From NCBI RefSeq assembly GCF_009914755.1, contig NC_060935.1: a stretch of DNA of 64,000 nucleotides, one strand, 5' to 3'. The notes under the pieces were generated by a model, which made no database searches, had not been told where the DNA came from, and saw nothing but the letters and a program-made list of their open reading frames with translations. Within the stretch, counting starts at the first letter, position 1, and each line of letters opens with the position of its first letter. A program made the translations under genes and the position numbers. This document shows, piece by piece, positions 1 to 15,232 of this stretch. The stretch comes from the human T2T-CHM13v2.0 reference genome, Homo sapiens.

Positions 1-42
1 GTACAGGCAAGCATGGAGTGGAAGACGGTGTGCTCCTAGTTA

Positions 43-270
<228 letters not shown>

Positions 271-511
271 CTAGAAATGAGAGCAGAGTGTTTCACATTC
301 ATCATCATTCTCATCATCATCACCACACCAGATGCCACCTGTTACAGTGTGCCAGGGGCTTCTCAGACAGTCCCCATGGTGCCCTAGAGCAGCTCTGTAA
401 GGTGGTACTGTATCACCGTTCCAACTTACTAGTCTACTCCAGCACAGCAAGCTACTTCTCCAGCAAGTAAGGCCTTTTCCTGTAGACAGGACTTAATTGG
501 TTCTTTATTTT

Positions 512-824
512 TATTTAATTTAATTCATTTACTTATTTATTTAGAGACAGAGTCTCGCTCTGCTTCCCAGGCTGGAGTGAAGTGGCATGATCTCAGCTCA
601 CTGCAGCCTCCACCTTCCGGGTTCAAGCAATTCTCATGCCTCAGCCTCCGGAGTAGCTGGAATTATAGGCACGTGCCTACCATGCCCAGCTAATTTTTAT
701 ATTTTTAGCAGAGATGGGGTTTTGCCATGTTGGCCAGGCTGGTCTCAAACTCCTGACCTCAGGAGATCCATCCACCTCGGCCTCCAAATGCTGAGATTAC
801 AGGCATGAGCCACCGCACCCGGTC
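512..824 (-). mobile_element. Alu (S-like) with TSD GTTCTTTATTTT
   Basis: Two-arm Alu consensus; TSD at 500-511 and 826-837. Confidence 0.92.
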
Positions 825-1749
825 TGTTCTTTATTTTTTAAAGCAGATCTTCATGTCCACTTGTATTCTTGATTTACCAGAGGCCAGTGGAGAACACAGA
901 TCAGAGCCATAAAAATGATGAAGTGGGGCAGGCCATCTGTTTTAAAGTGGCCTTCTCCAGCCTAGGGAGGGGATCTGCTCTGAGACCAAGTCCTGTCATA
1001 ATTGAGCCTTGAAACAAAACAAGGGTTCGACTTTGGAAGGTCTGATGTGTTACACGACCGCGTGAGTCAGTCAGCCCCAGCACCATCCCCAGAGTGCAGC
1101 CACCCCAAGGACCCTCACAGGGCAGACAGAGAGCAGCCATGGTAATGGCCTCCCCGAGCTCTGAACCTAAACGCTTTATGTGCAGAGTGATCATGACTCG
1201 CAGAAAGACTGCAATTTTTGGATGTGTGCTCTTGAACAAGGAAAAATGCATCCGGGTCTTAAATGTCCTCAGGATGCCTGCTCTTGGATAAAATTCTATT
1301 ATTCATTCTGTTGTAAGGTGGGCTCCCCGCCCTTAATTCCTCTTTTGTGTAAACCCAGGCTTTTTTGTGGGTCAGGTTTTCTTAAGGCAGGAACCTATTC
1401 TATGTCTTTCTGTGAGCTAATATACACCATGGGCAAGGTTTAAAATAATGAACCTATTCTGTCTTTCTGTAAGTTTATATATACCATGGGTAAGGTTTAA
1501 AATAATGGCAATGACATTTTTAAAGAAATCTATATACCTCCTAGGTTATGTGAAATGAGACTTCAAAAGATAATCACCTAGTTTCAGTGAAGTAGGGACA
1601 CCAAGTGATCTGTGAAATAAAGTCTTATTAAGTGAAGACCAGCATACACAGAAATGCACAACTGACTGACAGCTAGTAATTATGTATAATTCAGGAATTG
1701 TGCTTAATAACTTTTTATGCACAAAGCGTGGTTATTCTCTAACCCATGA

Positions 1750-2575
<826 letters not shown>

Positions 2576-3019
2576 CCCTAATTTGTTTCTATAATTAATG
2601 CCAGTATTTGCTTTTTGTGGCATAGTAATGAATCTCTCTTATTAACATGAAAGATTCAAGCAATTTGATAAAAACGATTATATGCTAACCATTAAAAAAC
2701 CATTTTTGGCTCTTTTGGCATAATTGGAAAATGTAATTTATGACATACACACATTAGTATATTTAATTACAAAACTGCCCAACCACAAAAGTGGCTGTTG
2801 CTTGTGGTGGTGCAAGTCTGCCTGTCACTGGAGGGGTGTGAGGAGAGGCTGGGATTTCTAGAGAAGTTTTCTGAACTGAGCAACAGCTTGGTTCCTCCCA
2901 GCTCTGGGCCCCCATGAGTCTTAGAAGGTCTTAGATTTTCCTGGGCTTTTTCCACTATTGTCACATAATGACATCCCTGAGGAAATACTCTGCTTTCCCA
3001 GTGAGAAACCACTGGGGAT

Positions 3020-3080
3020 GGGCAGGGTTGCCATATATAGCTGCACAGGTTGTGCACTGCACAACTTGGGAGGGCACCGT
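3020..3080. mobile_element. MER91-like DNA-transposon fragment
   Basis: GCACAGGTTGTGCA(C/T)TGCACA motif, also present near 49227. Confidence 0.5.
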
Positions 3081-3941
3081 TCACACAGACTATTCCAAGA
3101 TAGCCAGAGTTTGGACTCTGACATTGTCCCCAGCCCAAGCTATATCCTTGTCCTCTCGGTCCCTTTTCTGCAGAGCTTCTTCTCCTGTCTCCCACATGAC
3201 TAATGTTAATGATTCTGAGGAACATTTCCAAAGAACAAGGTAGCTTCAGGATTTTACCACAACTTCATGGACATCACTAGGCATAGCTGCATCTAGTTAT
3301 TCCCAATGCCCATTCTCCTCTTTGCACAGAGAATTTCTAGCAGTGCATATATAGCTGTCAAGAATAAAGACCAAGCTCTTTCTAGACTCTCTAGATACGG
3401 CCATTTGGCCACTTTCTCACCAATGGGATGCGAGAGGGTATGTGCAAATCAGGTATTACCATTTTAAAAGGAAAATGCGTTCCCTCCTCTTGTCCCTTCT
3501 TCTGGCTAGTTTAAATGTAAATATAGTGGCAGTTTCAATACCCACCATGGCTATGGAGACAAAAGTCACAAAAGAAGGCTGGCAGAGCAACATGACAGAA
3601 GAAGCCAGGTCTCTGATCATTGAGTAGCTCCTGTGTCAGCCCTGACTCTATCTGAAGAATAAACAAACTTCTATCCCATTTAAACTACTCTCAATCAGGA
3701 TGTCTCTCTAGTCTGATAGCTGAACCAAAATCCTAGTGAAGACCCTGGGACTTGGACAACTCTCATCATCACCTTCTTCAGAGGGGCCCTGAACACTCCC
3801 TGGCTTTGATCATCTTTCCAGAAACTCTAAGAAGGAAATCACAGAAGGCAGGACCAAGAGCCTAGACTTAAGTGACCCAACAGACCAAATAGGTCACTCT
3901 CATTAGTGAGCAAGACTTAAGGGTTCAAATAGAACTTAGAG

Positions 3942-4266
3942 CAGTGGTCCTCAACCTTTTTGGCACCAGGGACTGGTTTCGTGGAAGACAATTTTTCCAT
4001 GGACCTGGGGGAGAGGGATGGTTTCAGGATGAAACTGTTCCACTTCAGATCATCAGGCATTAGATTCTCATAAGGAACACACAACCTAGACCCTTGCCTG
4101 CACAGTTCACAATAGGGTTCGCACTCCTATGAGAGTCTAATGTAGCCGCTGATCTGACAGGAGGCAGAGCTCAGGTAGTAATGCTTGCTCCCACTGCTTA
4201 CCTCCTGATGTGTGGCTCAGTTCCTAACAGGCCATGGACCAATACCCCATCTTAGAGGGGACCCTG
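3942..4266 (+). mobile_element. MER1B-like hAT-Charlie DNA transposon
   Basis: Begins CAGTGGTCCTCAACCTTTTTGGCACCAGGGAC and ends GGGGACCCTG; 8-bp TSD ACTTAGAG/TCTTAGAG. Confidence 0.85.
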
Positions 4267-4697
4267 TCTTAGAGGCTATCTAGACCTTGTATGTCAAGCA
4301 CATTCCTTTTTTCACACCCAAAGAAGACTGTCTGGTAGCAGAACTCTGGAACAGCCACTTAGAGAGGATTCCAAGGTTGCATTTACCCTTGGTCAGAAAG
4401 AGTGCTGTGATCAATTAGTGACGTCTACCACTTTCAAGCCAAGGGCTGAGCAGCTGGATTTTCAGACCCAGTCCAAGGCAGAACCAGAGCCAGAGCTACA
4501 CTGTCTCCCAAGTTCAGCCCAAGATATTTTCCACTATCCCACACTGCCTTGTCAATGGTTACTGTTTTAAAACATCGTTAATGGGCAACAAAAAATAAAT
4601 TTACAGCAGAATTATTCTTGAGTGTCCATGAGGATGAATAACACTCATGGACATTATTCCTAATAATGGTTCTTATGGCAAAGTGAAAAAATAATCA

Positions 4698-4901
<204 letters not shown>

Positions 4902-7242
4902 TCATTGCCAGCAAAATGACCACCGTAGAACACATCACTGTGCCATAATGGACCACGGCCATCATTATTACAAGACCCTCTGGGCTTGCAAAGGCTTGTG
5001 CAATTGTTTATGAGTGAAAAATCAGACTGATAAATCCAACTAAACGTTTTTCTAACTACAGGGAAGGTTGCTTACACCCTGTTCATCTTTCCACTTGGGG
5101 GAACAGAATGGGGCCCAATTACAACTGCAGGCCCATAAATATGACTCTTAGCATTGTGGCCACAGACCCAGGGGAGAGCATTCTGAATGGGGCAAGAATA
5201 AATAGAGCACCTAAAACCTGAACTGGTACAACAAGTCTCACGGTGCATGTTCTCTGCTACAGAAATGGAATCAGCAGCTCCCTTGTTCCGAACTTACCAA
5301 CAGCCTGTAATGTAGCAATTACTGAGCAGAAAAGGCCAGTGGAAAACATGGCACCGTAGAGCTCTCAGGAGAGAATGAGAGCTCATCACTTACAAGAGAC
5401 TGAAAAGATTTCAGACCCAAGCCCGCCAGCCTCATGGGCTCCCAGGGCCTCCTGTTAAATTTAAGGTTCTCTTGTGTACTTCCGGCAAGATCTCAGATGG
5501 CAACCAGTGAAGAAAAACAAACATTTTAACTTTGTTGCTAAAGATACCAGGGATCAACAGTGTGTCTATTTCCAAATTAAGCATCAATAACTCCCAGGAA
5601 AACTTTGATCTTGATAAATCCATTGCTCCCCAGCAGAGCCACATCAATATTTCCATGAAGACAGATCTCTGCTCTTTCTCAGACACTGCCCTGGACTGTG
5701 CATCCTGTTTGGCAGGGTGTGGGAGCTGCTGCAGGGTAAAGAGGGATGGAACAAAGTGATGAGAAGGAGTTTGAGGGCACATCCACAATCAGAATCAGGC
5801 AGAGAGGGCCCAGGCTCTCATTGGAGGCCTTTCCCTAGAGTCAGGGATTCCTGGATCTTGGATCAGAGCTTCCTGATGGTGGCCTCTCAGTTTAACAGAG
5901 GTTCTCTAAGCCAGCCCTCACTGCTCCCTGGAGCTGTCTGGTCCTGCTCACCACTGTCTCTACCATGATCTGTGCGACAGGGGTCTGTATCTGTTGGTGG
6001 CAGCAGGAAGCAGCCACAGGGAGACCACTGAGGGATGCGTGCAAGACTCTAAGAGGAAGGCCCTACCGAGGCTCTCTGTCCCATTTGCCAGTGCACCAGA
6101 GGGAGAGGCAGAGGGAGGAGGTCGAAGGTAGAAGGGCAGGGGTGGGCTGGAAGCAGAAAAATGGGCCTTAAAATTAGGCTGCAGGGAGAGACCTGAATTT
6201 CCAGGGGAGGAAGGGGCAGGAGACAATATTTATCAGGTGCAAAACTCTATCCTCACAATACCCTAATGAGGAGGGTACCATTATTAGCCCCATTTCATAC
6301 ATGAAAAAAAGGAGTTTCAGTAGGGTTAGTGGCTGGCCCAAGGTCACATGCTGGTAAGGGGACAACATGTGAACATGAACCTGAGTGATGTCAAAAACAC
6401 TACCCCAGACCCACTGTCTAGGCCTCGTCCAGGCCTTTGACCTTAAGCATCCTAGTGTCAGTTACAGGTTTGTGACTTGTGGGGGATGGAAACTTGCCCC
6501 CCTGGCTGGTACTGGGTCAGAAATATAGGCATGTGGGTTTAGGAAGACCCGGTCCTTTTTAACATGCCCTGGGATTCTTCTGTCCCACTGTCCTCTGCAG
6601 AGACGCAGCTCTGGAGACTGGAGTCCACTATTTTAAAGCAACAACACATCATGAGAATTTATCCCAAAGAAAATAATTTCACATAAGGTAATAGCTGTAT
6701 GAACACAGACATTTATTTTGGGGTCAGAGCAGAAGGAGAATGCAAAAACCCATATAAATTTCCAACCACAGGGAATGGTTAGGTAATTAAGGTACTCATG
6801 GGAACACTATGCATCCAAGACCACTGATTCTCATGAAAGCTCTGGAGAAACATGGAATGCCACACACACGCTGTGTTACAATGAGCAGAAAACACACAGG
6901 CTGGAGAATGAGGGCTGGAAAAGCCAACTGATCATGTTTGTTCGTTAGACTATGGGTGTTACTTAAATATACTCGTCGGTATTTGTGCATTTTTAACAAA
7001 ACAACAAATTCTGGTTTTGCAGCTCTAAAGGCTGCAAAACCTTTGACTTCCTCTCTCCGCCCCCAACAAAATAACGTAGGGTCAGAAATCTACTTTTGTG
7101 GATTGAGAATTTTGTGACCTGTTAAAATAAAAATCTCACTGCAGCTATAAGTCATTGGGTCATTATTAGACCTCTCTTCAAAGAGTTGGTTTAAAAGGGA
7201 TAGAACCTGGAATAGCTAAGTTTCAGTTAAGAAGTGGGTACC

Positions 7243-7630
<388 letters not shown>

Positions 7631-8231
7631 CTAGGAAACGGGGAGGGGATATGATAGCACTGGTCAGCACCCTGCAGGTACCAAGGCAAGAGAGAAAAGA
7701 CCAAGGACCTACAACCTGACACTTGGTGGAAGAAAATGCTTTGGAAAATCATAGGCCCTAGTCTTGCATTTTCACAAGCTCTCAGGGAAGAATTGTGTTT
7801 GTTTCCAGGGATTTCCCCAGTAGTGCTCAATACCGATTTTTTAAAAGCAATCAAGCCAATGATCTTCATGCCCCCATGTACTTTCTACAGAAGTTATTAC
7901 ACATTTTGCATTTGAGGCTTGCAGAATGTGACTGCTGAGGAGAATAAATGAGTTAGCTGCAGAGGTAGGACTAAAACCCAGCACTCCCGACTCTACAGTT
8001 TGGAGCCCCATTGTCTCTGCCAGGCCAGAGGTATGATTGGAAAGGTCCCCTTCACATGTTCTCTGGTGCTTAAAGGAGAGGGGATCACTTGGACTCTTGT
8101 TTCCTATTTTGGCAGGTGTCAAAAGGTGAGTTGTCCGTAGGTCCCAGCCCCGGGAGGCCCTGGGTAAAGAATAAAATTATCTTTGGCCACCCAGAGACCA
8201 ACACACCTACCCATTCATACAAGACTGTTTG

Positions 8232-8450
8232 ACACGGTGGTTAAGAGCCTGGACTTAGAGGTCCTGACTCATCATATATTAGCCACTGTGTCCTTAGGTA
8301 AGTTCCTCAACCTCTCTTAGCTTCAGTTTCCTCATCTGTAAGGTGAGGCTATGAAGGGACTTCAGAGAGTTGTTATGAGAAGTCAATGTAACAGTGCATG
8401 TGAAAAAACAGTAAGTGTAAGCACTCAATATATAGTAATTGCTGCATTAT
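8232..8450. mobile_element. MIR (one of many; others near 6.3, 10.65, 13.8, 15.5, 16.0, 20.15, 22.2, 42.2, 43.85, 51.9, 55.3 and 63.9 kb)
   Basis: MIR core CTCAGTTTCCTCATCTGTAA-like motifs. Confidence 0.75.
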
Positions 8451-11400
8451 TCCTTCTTTGCAGAACCATTTCCCGTGCATCTCCTGGGTGTCAGGCAGTG
8501 GGCTGAGTGCTGGGCACACAGAGGTCAGGCAATAGGGGACAGAGGATCAAGTCAGGGAAAGAAACAGGGCGCTTTGATAGGATGTTATGTGAGCACAGAT
8601 AAGGGGCATCTAATTCAACCAGGTGAAGGCTCCCTGGAGCAGGTGACATTTGAGCAGAGTCTTGATGGCCAAGAAGGAGCTAGTGAATTGAAGGCAGGTA
8701 CTCTAGGCCAGACCAGCTGCATGGACATGGTTATGAAGAGGCCAGCCCATGCATCAAAACCACAAAGTCACAGAAACACCAATGCATATACACTCATTAA
8801 GTCACTCATAATGATAGCCACAAATATGGCAATCCAAACGGGGGCATAGACACACACACATGCACACACACACGCAGAAAAAGACACACCAAAAGACACA
8901 GGGACAAACAGAACACACATATAGAACCATAAGCAGTTCTTAGGGGAACTCATTCGGAAACACATACACCCTCCCAAACCTACACATTTTCCTACTGAGA
9001 CTTAGAGGCTGTTTGAAGCTTTAGCCCTTCGATCAAACCCAGACTGTTCCTTCTTCCTTTGGCTCAACTGATAGCCCAGGGCAGTGCTGGCAGGTTTCAG
9101 ACACCAGCAGCTCATTATGAATCTAATTCTCTTGTCCTTCAGCCAGATCAGTGGCATCCATGGGAGGTGACAGATTGGGAGTAGGGGTTGGGTTGGAGAG
9201 GAGGCTGGAAAGAGCTATAGATCATAGGCAGAGCCCAACCTGGGTCCCAGCTTTCCCTGGGGAGTGGCAGCGGGGTGACAGGAGCATCAAAGATCTGGCA
9301 AGTCACAGACACTTTCAGTAACTAAAGAGGACATCAGAAATGTTCGTCCTTGCGGATACCAAGGATGACATGTTTCTTGCCAACTCTGAGTATCTTAGGA
9401 AGGAAGAGTGATGATGAATAAACCACAGGTGCCTCGCTGTGCCAACTGCTGCAGGATGGATTCAGGCTGGGCAGAAAAAACGGCTTCCTCTCCCAGACTG
9501 TGAAACACTGCAACATGTAGCTAGGGAGCTTCCTTCTTTGTCATTCATAAAGACCAGAATAGCACTCGGTTCTCTCTGGATTAGAATGGCTTGGGGGCTG
9601 GGAGATGAACCAAATGATCTCAGTAAATGATCCCTTTCCCCCATTTTCTGAGCTCAGAAGCCCACATGAGAATTAAGCCACATCCCAGGCAACCACATGA
9701 TGGAGAGTTCTTTGTTGCGGACACTGGAGACTATATTTACTTTCAACTCTTGTTTCTGTGTCGGAAATTTTCTGATTGTGTTTGGGCTGCAGGGAAAAAA
9801 TATTAAATCTGATAAGGCCCACTGCCACTGAGGCAGGGCCATCTGTCTCAGGGATTTGTGTGCTAAGTAACTGGGACAAGAGCATTCCAATGAGACGGTA
9901 ATAAACCCCAGGGTTTGTGTATAAACAAAGAGAAAAAAACGGCAATGATAACGTTCAGATGAACTAAAATTCTAAGTGCTTTCGCCATCTCTTTGGCACG
10001 TCCTGCCTCAGAGCTCTCTCCTTAGCAGAATCCCACAAGGGTTTTGGGAAACACAGGAAGAAGAGCGTGGTGTGGACACTCTGATAAGGGCTCTGGCCTG
10101 TGCCATTTCCCCCTGATATTAACAACTGGCTCCATGCTGCTTCAGGATCGCCAATGGGGGTATTCTGGGGTAGCCTATGGTCAGGCTAGAGCCAAAGGTG
10201 ACACTCCTGTAGACAAGAGAAGCAGCCGCTTCCCCTCTCTTTTATGGGCCAGGTAAAGTAGAGAGGCTCAAAAAGCCAGATATGGCTTCAAAAGCCATCA
10301 AAGTTTAAATAAGCAAAAGTGGTCCTTGCATTCTTGGTTGAGCAAGAAATCTTCCCATGGCAGCCTGGCAAATTCCTACTCATCCGTCAAGACCCCTTTC
10401 AAACATCCCCTCCTCTATGAAGCTGTTCATGACCACTGGCTAAGTTAATCACTATCTTTTCCCACAATTCCCTGAATATTCCTCCTAAGAGTCACATGTA
10501 ACACATAGCATAAAAGTATTTTATTTTGATTTCTCTCCTCACTGTTGGATTTCATAATCCTTGGAGCCAGAGGTGATGGCTTGATAATAATAGTCAATTT
10601 AGCTTCCTGGCTGTAAATGCCCAGACTGTGGAGTGAGTCTTGTGTTCAAATTCTGCCTCTGTTATTAACTAGCTGAGAGACCCTGGGGAAAATTACTTAA
10701 ACTTTCTGAGCCTCAACTTTCTCATCTGTAAAATGGGGATAAGAATACCTATCATCTCATAAACTGTACAGTATTTGAGGTATACCACAGTAAAGATGTT
10801 GCAAAATATACTCACGCCAAAGGATAGTTTTAGGGATTAAATAACACATGGATAACTCCTGCACACAGCCAGGTATGTATTATGTGGTCAGTAAGTGGCT
10901 GTTAATATTGTTAATCATCCTCATCATAACTATTGCTTTCATATTCCCACAGCCCAACCCAGGCCTGGCACACAGCAGTGTTCAATGAAAGTTTGCTGCA
11001 TAAATCAGACTCAACGTATCTCATATCTGTGGCCAAAACTGTTCAGCTGACTAATTATGTCTCCAGAAAAATGAACATAAACCTCCTGAGGATTAACTGC
11101 TGGCTGCGATTTTGGAGCTCATGAGATGAACAAATGTTACGCAAAGGGTGTCATAAATTATTAAAAACCCTAATTCCCCATTCTCTGCATTATTTTCAGA
11201 CTGTCTGTGGTTAAAATGTTATAATGACATCCTCACTTGGAAACTAAAACTCTGAAACTTATTAGGGGTGAAAAAGTTTTCATTTTGTGGCCATTTAAAC
11301 CTAAACGGCTGCAAGGAAACAGACAACAGAGCACAGTCTGCCCAGCCCCCGAAGTGGATGCTACGGCCCCACGCAGGGCAAATAACCCCGGGGAAAGGTT

Positions 11401-11823
11401 TTCTAGCTCCAACAAATTTCAGTTTGCAGAATCGTTACAACTGCCAAGGCCATTGGATATAATCTAGTCTAATAAGTCTCCAGTGTTTTTTAAGCCATGG
11501 AAACTTTTCTTAAAAAAGAAATTTTAATGGAAAAGTCCAACATATTAATAAAACTACGGGCAGCTTTGAATGAAATTTGGAGTGGGGAGAGACAAAGCTC
11601 CACTCGTGAGGGTTTCCCACTTCTCTCTCCTCTGACAGTAGCTCCCAAGATGCCCCTGCAGAAAGCTCAAGTGCCAGCCTTTACAGGACTGAAGAAGACA
11701 GATCTTGAAAACTTTTAAAGAGTTTACTAAGATGACATGAACTGAAAGCCAACAAATCCAAGTCACAGAAGCTCTAGACACTGGACAAACAAAAGCACTT
11801 CCTGCAGTTTTCGGACTGACCTA

Positions 11824-12288
<465 letters not shown>

Positions 12289-13125
12289 TCAGAGTGCCTG
12301 AGGGCTAATTCACGGCTGGGCCTAGCCTCCCAGGATGCCCCTAGCTCCTGTTGTCTGGGGAAACCCAGTGGTCACATCCTCTGCAAATAGGTGAACTCCA
12401 GGAAGAGATCATGGAATCAGCAAGTGCACAGTTGGGAGGGCCCTATCAACACCAACATGGTCTAGATGGGGAAACTAAGGCCAGATGATTGCTCAAGGTC
12501 ACACAGCTGGTCAGGGACTATGTGATGAGCACAGCACTGGAATGAGGAGGTGGCCATGTGCCACACTCACTCATTACCACCTGCCACCGTGTCTGCCTCA
12601 GCAACTGCCCTGGTGCGAGGGCAGAGGAAGTGAAGGAGCACTGGACTGGGAGCCAGGAGACTGCCTCTGCCGCCTGCCAGCTGTGGCCAGCTCTGGGCAG
12701 GTCACAGCCTTTCTCAGGGCCTCAATTTGCTCCTCAGTGATATGGGGAGATTCCTGTCTGGCTCAACTCATAGAGTTACCATAAGGATCAGGCCACTAAC
12801 ACCCCTGCTCCAAATCAAGTGAACACTCCAACCTTTATAGTCAGTAAGCTGCAGAGGAAAGAGCACAGGGATGTGAGAGTCCAGTGGGGTCACTTCCCTT
12901 CTCAGAGCCTCAGTTTCCCCATCTGGATAAGGACTTTGGACTAGACGACCTAAACGGTAAGGGCCATTCCAACTGTGCCTGTCCTATGAATCCTCAGCCC
13001 TGCACCTGTCCCTGGTTCACTGTGTGACTTAAGGCAAGCTTCTTCCCCTCACCAGCCTCAGTTTCCCCTCTTGTCCCATCAGGATTTTGACCTAATGCCC
13101 TTTGAGGTCCCTCTCTGTGACCCTA

Positions 13126-13617
<492 letters not shown>

Positions 13618-13999
13618 TCATTGAGGTCGACTTTGAACCCCCCATGGCTAGGCTGGGTTGGGTTTAGGTTGGGTTGGGGAGGAGCAGGAATCTCTCATAT
13701 GCTATCTTCTCCACAGATCTAAGGATACCACCATGTTTCATATACAGTTCACAGAACTCCAAGTCATGCAGACCTGGTTTTGAATCCTGCCTCCTCCACT
13801 TACTAGCAAGGTGTTTTTGGACAAGCCTCATCTAAAATGTTTCCTCATCTATAAAGGGGATGGTGCTTGCATCACAGGGTTCCTGTGAGGGTCACTGGAT
13901 GGGGGGACACATAAGGAGCTTTGTGCCCTGCAGATCACCAACTAAAAGCAGAAGAGTCAGAGAAATGCAGGCAGTCCAAGTTCGAAAGGGCTGTAGCCC

Positions 14000-14560
14000 T
14001 CACTGCTGGTTGGAAGGCAGGGAAAGGGTTTTCTCACTCATTGCTGGCAGATTACAGTCTTTCTGGAAGGCAATATGTAACACTGATCAAAATTTAAAAT
14101 ACACAGACCCTTTGACCCAGCAACGCCATTCCTTGGACTCTCTCCCATAGAAATAAAAGCAGCAATACATAAATATATAAGTATGTTCAACACACCATTA
14201 TTCATGAAGGCAAGAACTTGGCAACAAAGTAAATGCCCATCCATAGAGAAATAGCTGAACACATTATGGCTCATCCATACGATGGAATATTATGCAGCCA
14301 TTAAGAAAACGGAATTAGCCATATCAGATGGCTTGGAGGGAGTCCCAAGAGATATTTGTTGGGTGAGAAAAGCACAGTGCAGAAAACTGCATAATATGAT
14401 CCCATTCTTACAAGATAAATACCGTGGGGGAAACCTACATATTCACTTGTGTTGAGAGGAAAAAACCTGAATAGGTATTTATTTAGACAGACACATATGG
14501 TATTATACTAATAAAAACAAAGCATGGGAAAGACAAACGAGTTCATTAGTCTGGGCTGCC
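14000..14560 (+). mobile_element. Old L1M (L1ME-like) fragment
   Basis: L1 3'-region motifs (GACCCAGCAA, ATGGAATATTATGCAGCCATTAAGAA). Confidence 0.7.
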
Positions 14561-14860
14561 TGGGGAGGTAGGGGCAGGGGAAGGGGAAGGTTGGAGTCTG
14601 GGGTGAGGAAGAGAGAGGGAGGCGGGAGCAAACAGAAAGGAAAACAAAACACTTACTCATTCATTTACCAGCGTGACGATATGAATACATTAAAGCAAAG
14701 TCCCCCACCCCCGAAGAAAGAAAGTAGGAGAGGCCAGTGCCTGATGCTTATCTTCCCTTTCTACGGAAAGTCATCCGCCAACCTCAGCGAACACACCCAT
14801 CACCCCCCTCTCCCTCTGGGACCCTGGGGTAGAGCACACGTGGGCCAGATGCAGTGTCTA

Positions 14861-15232
<372 letters not shown>

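Noticed and set aside
288-470. His-rich 60-aa ORF
   Set aside because: Short (CAT)n-like tract in an intron; no splice or homology support.
13651-13680. Telomere-like GGGTT/TTAGG run
   Set aside because: Only a few imperfect units; a possible G4 but not an interstitial telomeric repeat.
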